Positions 27,083-36,611 of a DNA stretch of 37,722 nucleotides are shown in pieces. The DNA is from Campylobacterota bacterium (GTDB lineage: Bacteria > Campylobacterota > Campylobacteria > Campylobacterales > Sulfurovaceae): contig JAYEOM010000089.1 in NCBI GenBank assembly GCA_034722955.1, positions 1 to 37,722 on the forward strand, given 5' to 3'. Within the stretch, counting starts at the first letter, position 1; every line of letters starts with the position of its first letter. The position numbers and the translations under genes are program-made. Below the pieces are notes generated by a model. It saw only the letters and a program-made list of their open reading frames with translations. It was not told the DNA's origin and made no database searches.

Positions 27083-28372
27083 CTATATCTTGAAAAACTT
27101 ATAAAAGAAGCCGGAAACTATCTTGAGCGGTACTCTGGATATCGCCAATTCGCCTTGGGCTATATCTTTGGCTACTGTTGTACCTGCTGCGATGATAACA
27201 TCATCTTCGATAGTGACAGGAGCTACTAGCTGTGTATCGCTTCCGACAAAAACATTTTTGCCGATGGTGGTTTGAAATTTCTCTTTGCCGTTATAGTTGC
27301 ATGTGATAACTCCGGCTCCTATGTTGCTCCCCTCATCTATAGTCGCATCTCCGATATAGGAGAGGTGACCGGCTTTGACTCCTGTGAGTGTAGACTTTTT
27401 TACTTCGACAAAGTTACCTATATGTGTATCGATGATCTTGCTCTGTGGACGGATTCTAGCTATCGGACCTATATCACTGTTTTTGATAGTTGCGTCTTCT
27501 ATGACGGAGTGTGTCTTTATATGTGAATCTACGATGAGAGATGAGCCTTGGATAGTCACACCATTGTCTATTATGCACTCTCCTTCAAACTTGGCACGAC
27601 AATCGATATAGATCGTATCGGGCAGTCTCATAATGACTCCTGCCATCATCAGTTCTCTCTTGATGCGTCCCTGCATGATCTCCTCTGCCTTGGACAAATC
27701 CAGCTTGGAGTTGACACCCTTGAACTCCTCCTCTTTAACATAGACAGGGTGGATAGTTTTCTCCTCATCCACAGCCATCTTGATGATATCGGTGAGGTAG
27801 TACTCTGCTTGTGCATTGTCACTGCTCAGGGCAGGTATATATCTGTCGAGCAGCTCTCTCTTGACAGCATAGATACCGGCATTTACGCTTTTAACCTCTT
27901 TTTGTTCAGCAGTACAATCTTTCTCTTCGATGATCTCTCTGACACTATCTCCATCGATGATCACACGACCATATCCACTAGAGTCATCCATCTCTATGAC
28001 ACTCATGTTGATATCTGCATCTCCTGTGGTGAGTAGATGTAGTGAATCCTCTGTGATAAGTGGCATATCTCCATTGAGGATCAGTACTCGTTCATGTCTG
28101 GATGTCACTCCCCTCATTGCACCGCCTGTACCAGGGAACTGTTCGGCATCTTGTATATGAAAGCGTATCGTATCATAGTTGGCGTTGATAGCACTCTCTA
28201 TGCGTTTGGCTTGATGATAGAGTACTACTGTGATATCATCAGAAAAGTTCTCTGCCGCATCAATAGTATGGAAAAGCATAGGTTTCCCGGAGATTTCATG
28301 CAAAACTTTAGGAGTTGATGATTTCATTCGTGTGCCTTGTCCGGCAGCGAGAATAACAACAGAGATAGACAT
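27083..28372 (-). CDS. glmU: Bifunctional UDP-GlcNAc diphosphorylase / glucosamine-1-P acetyltransferase
   Basis: LAAGQGTRMKS..PKVLH, EYYLTD, GNFVEVK, AGHLSYIGDA, hexapeptide repeats. Confidence 0.97.
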   Translation of the reverse strand: MSISVVILAAGQGTRMKSSTPKVLHEISGKPMLFHTIDAAENFSDDITVVLYHQAKRIESAINANYDTIRFHIQDAEQFPGTGGAMRGVTSRHERVLILNGDMPLITEDSLHLLTTGDADINMSVIEMDDSSGYGRVIIDGDSVREIIEEKDCTAEQKEVKSVNAGIYAVKRELLDRYIPALSSDNAQAEYYLTDIIKMAVDEEKTIHPVYVKEEEFKGVNSKLDLSKAEEIMQGRIKRELMMAGVIMRLPDTIYIDCRAKFEGECIIDNGVTIQGSSLIVDSHIKTHSVIEDATIKNSDIGPIARIRPQSKIIDTHIGNFVEVKKSTLTGVKAGHLSYIGDATIDEGSNIGAGVITCNYNGKEKFQTTIGKNVFVGSDTQLVAPVTIEDDVIIAAGTTVAKDIAQGELAISRVPLKIVSGFFYKFFKI

Positions 28373-28532
28373 AGTTTTGTACCTTTTGATAAATATTGTA
28401 GTATTATATCCAATTGAATTTAAGTCAGAGAGAATTGAGATAAAAAAGTTTCTCTCTCAAGATATTGATTTTGTAAGTTAAATTAGTGTAAAATCTTATT
28501 TAGTTTATAAATTTAATATTAGGAGTAAGTGT

Positions 28533-28838
28533 ATGATTAAAAAGTTGATGGCAGTTGTATTGATATTTGCTGTGACTACAGCATTTGGTATGAGTGTCAA
28601 AGAGGTTAATAAAGCCTCCAAAGATGAGTTGATGAAGATCAATGGTATAGGAGAGAAGAAGGCTGATGCTATCATCGAACAGAGAAAAAAATCACCATTC
28701 AAATCTTTTGCAGATTTAGAAGAGGTCAAAGGTGTAGGTCCGGCACTGAGCAAAAATATCCAAAATGATGTCCATAAAAAGGCATCTAAAAAGCAAAAAG
28801 AGAGCAAGAAGAAAAAATCTGACTCTGAAAAGAAATAA
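28533..28838 (+). CDS. ComEA-like helix-hairpin-helix DNA-binding protein
   Basis: Signal peptide, VNKASKDELMKINGIGEKKA...VKGVGP, Lys-rich tail; AGGAG RBS. Confidence 0.9.
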   Translation: MIKKLMAVVLIFAVTTAFGMSVKEVNKASKDELMKINGIGEKKADAIIEQRKKSPFKSFADLEEVKGVGPALSKNIQNDVHKKASKKQKESKKKKSDSEKK

Positions 28839-28844
28839 TTTTAT

Positions 28845-28867
28845 GTTACCACGATCTTCGTGGTAAC
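28845..28867. terminator. Perfect 10-bp hairpin between convergent genes
   Basis: GTTACCACGA-TCT-TCGTGGTAAC. Confidence 0.6.
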
Positions 28868-28889
28868 CCAAACTACAGCAGTACACTAA

Positions 28890-30356
28890 TCAATATACTC
28901 TATCACTTCTCTGGCGAACACTCCAATCTCTAAGCAAATTGATATTCTTATATCCATATTTGGCTAGTTTGTTACAGTATCCTATGTTGTAGTTGCTAAA
29001 CTTACTGCAATCTCTCTGTCTGTAGGGGGATATACTTATCTTTACATCTACCTCATGGAGATAGGGGAGTGCATCTATAGAGAGAGTTGATAGCAGTTCC
29101 CTATCTAGCTCTTTGGGGGCATTGGCAAATTGGGCTATGTTTTGTCTGGCTACCATACCATCTATATTGACTGATGCCACTGTAGCAAATGAGACCAATC
29201 CTACAATAGCCACGAGGTTGAGCATCTGATAAAATGGTCGCTTTGTAAAGAGGTAGATGATACCCGTCAGCAGCAGTAGCAGTAGCATATAGTCGAACCA
29301 CTCCACATAGTATCGTAGCACTGTAGCACCTTTGAGTGACTGGTAGAGATGCATCTTTTTGAGTGATGCATAGCCCATTATCATCGTCTGCAGCATCAAT
29401 CCACTCATCATCAGAGCAGTTAACTTCTCATTTTTGTACCTGTAGATAACCACCAGAAATATAATGATGACTATACTCATAACAGTAGCCAACTGAAAGA
29501 AACCCTCTCTTGCATAGTATGCTATGTTGAGTCCAGTCTCATTGATATAGCTCTCGCCGCCAAATATATATGCTAGCTGAAAGAGCAGAAAGCTGACAAA
29601 CAAGAGGTTGAGCATACCTAAAAATATACCTATGACGATAGGATCAAATGGATTGGTGTCTAGGTTGATAATCCTACTGCTATCATTGGAGAGTGCATAG
29701 CCATAGATGACCAAAAAGAGGAAAAACAGTATAGGTATAGTAAATATATCTTTAGACTCAAATGGATTGGTAAAGGAGAAGATATCCTCTATAAAGTGGC
29801 TAAAGTTCGGATCTGATGCCATAAAAAGAGCTAGAAAGAGAGCCATTACAGGCAGAGTTATCACCATAGCTAACCCTATACGCATATAGAGTCTATTTTT
29901 GAACATCTCCTCTCTATACTTCTGTAGAGACAAGATAGGTTTTATCAGTATGCCAATAGCCCCAAATATCCCAAAAGTGTGACTTAGCTTTGGTATCAAT
30001 ACTTGAAAAAAATAGTCCATAGATTGTCTGCTGCCTAGATAGAGTATGCCTATCATTATGTAGATCACAGGTGGCAGGAGTTCTGAGGCTAGTTCATTGT
30101 TGTAGTAAAATGCATCACCTATCAATATAAAAATAAACGGTACTATCCACTTGGCAAATGGATTTGCTATCTCTCTGCTATATATCATCTGACCGAGAGG
30201 CAGGAGTAGTAGCAGGTAGGATATGATATCCCAACTAGCCACTAGACTATAGGGTGCTAAGTTTTTGATGATGGCTAGAGTAAAGCTGACACTAAGTATC
30301 GTCAAAATCAGTGATAGATTATCCAATGGGTTTTTGATCGGTGCGGTTGGTATCAT
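28890..30356 (-). CDS. DUF4173/DUF4153 family polytopic membrane protein
   Basis: ASDPNF, QLAYIFGG, YAREGFFQL, M.LY....G.T.LR, L..LSIDALP motifs; ATGA-coupled to the upstream kinase. Confidence 0.8.
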   Translation of the reverse strand: MIPTAPIKNPLDNLSLILTILSVSFTLAIIKNLAPYSLVASWDIISYLLLLLPLGQMIYSREIANPFAKWIVPFIFILIGDAFYYNNELASELLPPVIYIMIGILYLGSRQSMDYFFQVLIPKLSHTFGIFGAIGILIKPILSLQKYREEMFKNRLYMRIGLAMVITLPVMALFLALFMASDPNFSHFIEDIFSFTNPFESKDIFTIPILFFLFLVIYGYALSNDSSRIINLDTNPFDPIVIGIFLGMLNLLFVSFLLFQLAYIFGGESYINETGLNIAYYAREGFFQLATVMSIVIIIFLVVIYRYKNEKLTALMMSGLMLQTMIMGYASLKKMHLYQSLKGATVLRYYVEWFDYMLLLLLLTGIIYLFTKRPFYQMLNLVAIVGLVSFATVASVNIDGMVARQNIAQFANAPKELDRELLSTLSIDALPYLHEVDVKISISPYRQRDCSKFSNYNIGYCNKLAKYGYKNINLLRDWSVRQRSDRVY

Positions 30357-31681
30357 TTGGTACTCCTTTGGTATCGCTTCATCATATCTTTAGCAAACTT
30401 AGTATCTATTGCTGCTCCCATCCTCTCAAAGATAGTATAGTAGCCTAGCAGTGTACGGTCTAAAAAGATATACTCTTGGTTGAGTTTGTGTACTGAGTCT
30501 ATCTGCTGTTTTTGTACCTTCATAATAGCCTCAAAACCTCTCCTGGAGAAGTCATTATGCTCTTTGAAGCTATAGTTATCTTCTAGAAATATCTCTATAT
30601 AGATAGAGTCGAGTGGTTTGATGACCTTCTGGTAAAACTTCAGCATCTTTTTGGGTGAGTCTCTGTCTATCATATCTAGTGCTAGGTACTGAGTCACTAC
30701 CTCCTCATCATCTACACTATCCATTAGTGAGAGATGAAGTGTAGTATAGCTATCCAAGAACTCATCATCTACCACCTTGATACATCCAAAATCTATCATA
30801 CCCAACTTTTCATTATCCATAAAGATAAAGTTCCCGGGATTTGGGTCTGCATGTACCCTTTTGAGCTTGTATAGCGTGATAAAGAAGCTATCAAAGAGTA
30901 TCTGTGCATAGTGGTCTCTAAGTGATTGAGGAGGATTGGAAGCCAAAAACTGCTCTAGGTTTATACCTCTTATCAGTGAAGTAGCTAGCAGCATCTTGGT
31001 AGACAACTCCTCTATCAACTCTGGTACGACTATATGAGGGTGGTTAAGATTTTGGTAGAAGTACTTTAAGTTTTGGGCTTCGTGCAGATAGTCCACCTCC
31101 TCATAGAGTCTATCGCTAATCTCATCTATGATATGGTCGATATTTTTACCTTTTGCAAATCTAGCTATAGCAAACTTGAGTATGCCTATATCACTCTTGA
31201 TACTCTTGGCTACTCCTGGATACTGTATCTTGATAGCTAAATTCTCTCCCTCATAGATAGCGTAATGAACCTGCCCCAAACTAGCCGAACCAAAAGGAGA
31301 TAACTCAAACAGCCCAAAAGCTTCACTAGGATACTCACCCAACTCCTGCTTGACAATCTTCCTCACTAATGCTTTGTTGATAGGAGGTACTGCTTGAAAA
31401 GATCTGCTCATCTCATCGAGATAAGCAGGTGGCAAAAACGGCATACCTAGGGCTACTTGTTGAGCTATCTTGATAGATACTCCTTTGAGTTGACCTAGTG
31501 AGTTCATGATCACTTTTGCATTTTTGACATGGGTCGTTTCGGCTGACTCCTTTTTCTGCTTTGGTGATAGAAAGACCCCCTTGATACTCTCTTTGGTGTG
31601 GTTGACTCCTATCTTTAGTATCGCTTTACCTACGACTCTGCCTCTGGAGAGTTTTGTTGTTGGGAGTTTGTCTCTATCCAT
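30353..31681 (-). CDS. AarF/ABC1/UbiB atypical kinase family protein
   Basis: LKG..IKIAQ, SASLGQVH, AIKIQYPG, EEVDY..EA, HADPNPGNF, IDFGC. Confidence 0.92.
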   Translation of the reverse strand: MDRDKLPTTKLSRGRVVGKAILKIGVNHTKESIKGVFLSPKQKKESAETTHVKNAKVIMNSLGQLKGVSIKIAQQVALGMPFLPPAYLDEMSRSFQAVPPINKALVRKIVKQELGEYPSEAFGLFELSPFGSASLGQVHYAIYEGENLAIKIQYPGVAKSIKSDIGILKFAIARFAKGKNIDHIIDEISDRLYEEVDYLHEAQNLKYFYQNLNHPHIVVPELIEELSTKMLLATSLIRGINLEQFLASNPPQSLRDHYAQILFDSFFITLYKLKRVHADPNPGNFIFMDNEKLGMIDFGCIKVVDDEFLDSYTTLHLSLMDSVDDEEVVTQYLALDMIDRDSPKKMLKFYQKVIKPLDSIYIEIFLEDNYSFKEHNDFSRRGFEAIMKVQKQQIDSVHKLNQEYIFLDRTLLGYYTIFERMGAAIDTKFAKDMMKRYQRSTK

Positions 31682-32411
31682 CACTAAGCCCCTCTAGTTT
31701 TTGCTTGAGTATCTTTAGACCTTTTTGAGGTGCTGTGTATTTTTGCAGTGCTGAGAGCAGATGAGTTTTTAGTAGAAACATACCCAGATCTGAGACACGA
31801 CTAAGTACATCAGAGTGCAGTAGAGCCTCTATCACACCCATAGAGTGGTCTATGAACTGTGTCGTATTTTCGAAAGAGTCACTCTCATCCTCTACCCAAT
31901 ACGCAATAACTGCTATATAGTAGTCCCAAAAGAGCATAGGCATATAGTCCCTAAAAGGAGGCTCTTTGATCTCTCCTGACTCTATAGAGACTCTGAGCAT
32001 CTCATCAACTATCTCTATAAACTTCTCTTTTGTCTCATAGATAGCATCCAGTTTTACCGATGAAGAGACAAAGACCATATCAGCTATCTGCATCACAAAC
32101 TCTCTATCCTCTAGGTATAACTCCAGCTCTGTAGCTATCAGTGTCTGTAACTGCTCTCTGAGAGTATAGGTATGAAAATCATCTATCTCTTGAAGTATCC
32201 CAGCAGTCACACTATGCTGATACTCTATATATCCATAGAGAAGCTTCTCTTTGTTTGGAAAGTAGTTATAGATAGTTGGATTACTCACACCGGCATTTTT
32301 AGCTATCTCACGAAGCGAAGCATTTTTGAACCCTTTTTGAGTGATGAGGTCAACTGATGAACGAATAATCTTGGCTTTTGTCTTGGCTTTGGCTTTTTTA
32401 GATATTTTCAT
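31674..32411 (-). CDS. TetR/AcrR family transcriptional regulator
   Basis: N-terminal HTH GF..ASLREIAKNAGVS..TIYNYFPNKE; C-terminal YWVEDESDSFENTTQFID; AAGGAG RBS. Confidence 0.92.
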   Translation of the reverse strand: MKISKKAKAKTKAKIIRSSVDLITQKGFKNASLREIAKNAGVSNPTIYNYFPNKEKLLYGYIEYQHSVTAGILQEIDDFHTYTLREQLQTLIATELELYLEDREFVMQIADMVFVSSSVKLDAIYETKEKFIEIVDEMLRVSIESGEIKEPPFRDYMPMLFWDYYIAVIAYWVEDESDSFENTTQFIDHSMGVIEALLHSDVLSRVSDLGMFLLKTHLLSALQKYTAPQKGLKILKQKLEGLSDG

Positions 32412-32433
32412 ACTATCTCCTTTTATTTTATAA

Positions 32434-32502
32434 AGTATAGTATAAATAAGCTAAAAAGTCAATATTTATTATAGTTATTTAATATTTTTTGATGCAAATC
32501 AA
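32434..32502 (-). promoter_or_regulatory. sigma70 promoter of tetR operon plus upstream perfect FNR/Nss-type box
   Basis: Minus strand TTGACT(32462-32457)-N17-TATACT(32439-32434); TTGAT-GCAA-ATCAA at 32489-32502. Confidence 0.7.
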
Positions 32503-32523
32503 TTTCATTCTCATCAACACCCC

Positions 32524-32614
32524 GTAGGGGTAGACCTGTGTGTCTACCCACATGTTAAAAACAAAACCATTTCAAATCACCATATCAAGGGAAGACACAT
32601 AGGTCTGCCCCTAC
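32524..32614. repeat. GTAG-type REP doublet (REPIN-like)
   Basis: GTAGGGGTAGACCTGTGTGTCTACCC (32524-32549) and an inverted copy GGGAAGACACATAGGTCTGCCCCTAC (32589-32614), 23/26 identical, each with an internal hairpin; 39-nt spacer. Confidence 0.85.
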
Positions 32615-32711
32615 AGCCGTGTTACCCATTTTTTCTTCCATATTCAAATCTACTTTCTTGGGGTCGGGACACAAACCACAAATAAAGTAATCAATAGTTA
32701 TACTTCACAAG

Positions 32712-34877
32712 CTACACTTTTTTGATCTTAACCAAAACTGATTTATATCCAGGAGTTAAACTTCTCGGATCGGTTGTTGTTGGTACTAAAATATTTGATT
32801 CTGGGAAATAAGTCATTACATTTCCCTTTATGATATCAAACTCCCTCACCATAAGATTTTCTATCCTGCCTACAGATGATTCCAGGGTAACAAAATCATT
32901 TTCTTTTAATCCACTGCTTTTGATATCATCTCTGTTCATCATCACTATTTGACGACTTGTCTGACCTCTATATATATCTTTATCTTCATATACAATACTG
33001 TTAAATTGCCCTTCACTTCTAACTGTCATCATACGAAACTCATCTTCATCTCTAGGCAATGAAGGAATTTGACATATTCTAAAGTTTGCTTTTTTATCAT
33101 CTGTCGCAAAAAATGCTTTATGAAATGTCCTATTTGAAATCTGAAACTCTTCACCTGTTTCATCAATCTCACCCATCTTTTCATACCCTGGAATAATTTG
33201 TGAAATAAGCTCTCTTATATTTTTATGCTCTTTTAGTTTTGTAAAATCAACAGGAGTATCTCCCAAGAGACTCAGTGCTATATCACTGATAACTTGAACT
33301 TCCGAATGAGCATTGTCTACTCTGGTGATCCCTCCATCACTCATACGCACAAAACTAAACATTGACTCTTGGGTTGTTTTCTGCTTCTCCTCATCTCGTG
33401 CAAGTACGGGAAGGATGATCACCTCTTTGTCCACTCCGTTAAAGTGTCCCTGATTGAGTGTGGTTGTTAGAAATACTTTAAAGGAGATCTTATTTAAAGC
33501 CTCTCGTGCAAAGTTTGTATCAGGATTGGAGTGATATAAATTTCCACCCATTAAAAAAGCCAAATCAACTTTTCCGGCATATGCAGCTTTCATACTGGAC
33601 ATCGTATCCATTCCATCAGCATCAGATATTTTAACTCCCAACACCTTCTCAGTATTTTCAATAACTTTATCTTTAAGATGCGGTATAGCACCAACAGACC
33701 CTATACCCTGAACATTACTATGACCCCTCAGAGGAAGTAAACCGGCATAATCCTTACCTACCATAGCCCGCAAAAGTGCAAGATTAACTATGGATTCAAC
33801 ATTTTCTACACCATGCTCATGATGCGTTATTCCTACTGCCCAAGAGAATACTGCATGGTGAGAATTTCCATAAATTTTAGCAATTTTTTGAATCTTCTCT
33901 TTGGAAATCCCAGAAGCAGATACAATTGTCTCCCAAGATGTTTGCCTGATATCTGCTAAATATTCGTCTCTATTGTTGGTGTGTATATCCATAAATTCAA
34001 GATCGTGTTTTCCAGCTTCGATAATAGCTTTAGCAATGCCTTTAAACAAAGCAATATCACCTCCGATATTAACCTGAATATATTCAGAAGCGATCGGACT
34101 TCCACCCGTTGACATTGATCTCGCATCTGATGGAACAGCAAATTTGACAAGTCCACTCTCTTTGACAGGGTTGATGACGATGACATCTCCACCGCGACGA
34201 CGGCAATTAAGTAGCTGACGAAGAAACCTTGGATGATTTGAAGCCGGATTTGCCCCTATGACAAAAATCAAATCTGCCTTTTGAAGATCTTCAAGCACTA
34301 TCGTTGCTGTTGAGACACCGATGCTTGAAGTGATTCCTACCCCAGATGCCTGATGACAATAGTAAGAGCTATTGTTGATATTGTTGCTGCCATAGACATG
34401 TGCAAAAAGTTGCAATAAAAATCCAGCCTCATTAGAGGCACGCCCAGAGCTGTAAAAAAAGCTTCTGTCAGCCTGGGTCTTCTTGAATTTATCTATGATT
34501 TTTTCCAGTGCCTCTTCCCATGATATGGTACGATAGTGGGAGTCACCTTCAGATTTATACAGAGGCGTATTTAGTCGTCCGCTCTTCTCTAGTGAACCAA
34601 TAGGCATCTTTTTAAAATCATTGATACTTTTTTGCTGGAACAACTCTTCTGAAATAGGAGTTTGAATGTCTGTTGTTTGAGCTTGAAAGCTTTTTTTGCA
34701 AACCTCTGGGAAATTTCCCATCTCGTCGGTCATTCCGCCTTTTTGACCTCCCATCCCATATGCACATGTTTTACAACTATTTTTAGAAGTCATCGCTTGA
34801 AACATCTTTATAAACCCTACGGAGTAGGAAGCCTTTAAAGAATACATAAGTGCTTTATAGCCACCACCAACTCTCAT
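32712..34877 (-). CDS. FdhF/YdeP family molybdopterin oxidoreductase
   Basis: Start reassigned to ATG 34877 (AAGGAG RBS). CKTCAYG...EVCKK, FYSSGRASNEA, SYYCHQASG, NPASNHPR, PLRGHSNVQG, TQESMFS, TVRSEGQFNSIVY, DPRSLTPGYKS. Confidence 0.92.
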   Translation of the reverse strand: MRVGGGYKALMYSLKASYSVGFIKMFQAMTSKNSCKTCAYGMGGQKGGMTDEMGNFPEVCKKSFQAQTTDIQTPISEELFQQKSINDFKKMPIGSLEKSGRLNTPLYKSEGDSHYRTISWEEALEKIIDKFKKTQADRSFFYSSGRASNEAGFLLQLFAHVYGSNNINNSSYYCHQASGVGITSSIGVSTATIVLEDLQKADLIFVIGANPASNHPRFLRQLLNCRRRGGDVIVINPVKESGLVKFAVPSDARSMSTGGSPIASEYIQVNIGGDIALFKGIAKAIIEAGKHDLEFMDIHTNNRDEYLADIRQTSWETIVSASGISKEKIQKIAKIYGNSHHAVFSWAVGITHHEHGVENVESIVNLALLRAMVGKDYAGLLPLRGHSNVQGIGSVGAIPHLKDKVIENTEKVLGVKISDADGMDTMSSMKAAYAGKVDLAFLMGGNLYHSNPDTNFAREALNKISFKVFLTTTLNQGHFNGVDKEVIILPVLARDEEKQKTTQESMFSFVRMSDGGITRVDNAHSEVQVISDIALSLLGDTPVDFTKLKEHKNIRELISQIIPGYEKMGEIDETGEEFQISNRTFHKAFFATDDKKANFRICQIPSLPRDEDEFRMMTVRSEGQFNSIVYEDKDIYRGQTSRQIVMMNRDDIKSSGLKENDFVTLESSVGRIENLMVREFDIIKGNVMTYFPESNILVPTTTDPRSLTPGYKSVLVKIKKV

Positions 34878-34934
34878 CTGTTCTCCTTTAATATTAAAAC
34901 TCAAATTTAACACACCGATATATAGCAAGAACAA

Positions 34935-36536
34935 TTATTTTGCCGTACATAAAACTACCTCTTCCATGTGGTCAGTAATACGGGCTATGTGATGACTTAC
35001 ACGATCAAGCCACCTGACTGCTTCAAGCTTGCTGGTTCCTCTGGGTATGCTGATCTCATCTTTGGCCATCTCTTCGACTACCCTATCTCTATATGGTGTC
35101 GTAGATTTGATGATCTGTTTCTCACTCTTCCATGCAACCTTTTTGGCATTAGAAAATCTCTTCTCTCCAATGGCAGCGATAATACTACTGTTGGTTATGA
35201 TCATCTGCTGATGCTCTTTGTGCAGATCTAGAGATTTCTGCACAAGTTTTGCTCTGTACTCCTCCTCTTCACAGCGTTCATGAAGGCGTTGTGTATGATC
35301 GAGTATATGTATGAGTGCTATGAGCTCTTTCCATTTAGCACCCTTCTCCTGCTTTAGATCGATTTCATCGACATAGTTTTGTGTTTTATCCAGGGCTGAC
35401 TGTAGCAGTGTCAAATCCGCTTTTTTCCCATTATCTGAATCACCCAAGATAAAGTTGATATGTTGCAGCAGTGCGATAAACTCATCTTGAGCCGAAATGC
35501 GTGTAGCTTCCAGTGCAAGGTTTGGCTCCTCAAGCAACCTCTTGTCCAGTTTTCTGGTAAATTTAGGTTCTTTCGAGGGGATGATCTTCTTCATCATATG
35601 AGTAAACTGATGGGCAAAAGGGAGAATGATCATAACACCCAAAATATTGAAAAAAGTATGAAAAGCGACAAGGGCAATTTCAGCGTTTTGCATCAAAGCA
35701 CCCGGCACTATAATCTCCCATAAGTAGATATAGGGGGTGATCAGCAAAATAGCCATGGATCCTGTAAAAAGATTGTAGATGACATGAGAGAGTCCTGTTC
35801 TGCGAACATTTACGGATCCTCCGATCGATGCCATTGCAGCAGTCACGGTGGTGCCTACATCCATGCCTATGACAAGTGCCGCTGCCTGCTCAAAATTGAT
35901 CGCATTGGCATAGAGTAGTGTCAGCGTTACGGCAACACCGGCACTGGAAGCTTGGGTAATGAGTGTCGCAAGGATACCAAGTGCAACCAATTGCACTCTT
36001 CCTATCCATGAGTCTGAGGGTAGGTATTCCGGAGTGATAATCCCCTCAAAACCGCTCATACTCTCCTGCATTAGAGAGATCCCGACAAAGATCAGACCAA
36101 AACCAGCCAGTGAATAGCCAAAAGAGGCTATTTTATTTTTGAAAAAAAGTTTTAGTATCACACCAAGCAGTATAAAAGGCAGAACTATTGTACCAAGATG
36201 GAGTTTGAACCCAAACAGTGCAACTACCCATCCAGTTATAGTCGAACCAATATTGGCACCAAAGATGATCCCAAGTGACTCTGAAAATGTCATAAATCCG
36301 GCACCGACAAACCCGACAGCCATCACTGTTGTAGCACTTGAGGATTGCAGCATCGCTGTGGTGACTGCTCCTGTCACTGCACCGGTAGCCGGACTACGGG
36401 TAAAACGCATCAGAGCATTCCTGATCGTATCTCCAGCCAAAGAGCGTAACCCGTCTGTCATAACAATCATGCCAAGCAGGAAAATCCCCAATCCTCCAGA
36501 GGCTTCAATCATTGTCAGTATCAGTCTATTATCCAT
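34935..36536 (-). CDS. Na/Pi cotransporter family protein with helical PhoU-like C-terminus
   Basis: GGLGIFLLGM, QSSSATT, GANIGSTIT and second repeat QASSA, GMDVGTTVTA. Confidence 0.9.
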   Translation of the reverse strand: MDNRLILTMIEASGGLGIFLLGMIVMTDGLRSLAGDTIRNALMRFTRSPATGAVTGAVTTAMLQSSSATTVMAVGFVGAGFMTFSESLGIIFGANIGSTITGWVVALFGFKLHLGTIVLPFILLGVILKLFFKNKIASFGYSLAGFGLIFVGISLMQESMSGFEGIITPEYLPSDSWIGRVQLVALGILATLITQASSAGVAVTLTLLYANAINFEQAAALVIGMDVGTTVTAAMASIGGSVNVRRTGLSHVIYNLFTGSMAILLITPYIYLWEIIVPGALMQNAEIALVAFHTFFNILGVMIILPFAHQFTHMMKKIIPSKEPKFTRKLDKRLLEEPNLALEATRISAQDEFIALLQHINFILGDSDNGKKADLTLLQSALDKTQNYVDEIDLKQEKGAKWKELIALIHILDHTQRLHERCEEEEYRAKLVQKSLDLHKEHQQMIITNSSIIAAIGEKRFSNAKKVAWKSEKQIIKSTTPYRDRVVEEMAKDEISIPRGTSKLEAVRWLDRVSHHIARITDHMEEVVLCTAK

Positions 36537-36611
36537 CAATTATCCCTGCATATCCATAAGCACTGCAGTCCATCACCGGTTTCAGATGCTCTTGATCTTG
36601 GAGATAATAGT

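Noticed and set aside
22648..28372. Competence or pilus island suggested by prepilin peptidase and comEA
   Set aside because: The glmU-coaBC-uppS-peptidase-lptF-truA order is an ordinary housekeeping block, and no pilin or secretion genes are present.
32712..34877. Selenocysteine-containing formate dehydrogenase
   Set aside because: The ligand codon is TGT (Cys) and there is no in-frame TGA.
36540..36611. Fluoride riboswitch-like GGTGATGG upstream of the Na/Pi transporter
   Set aside because: The complementary CRCC and the downstream TGATGAC...TAC pseudoknot elements are missing.
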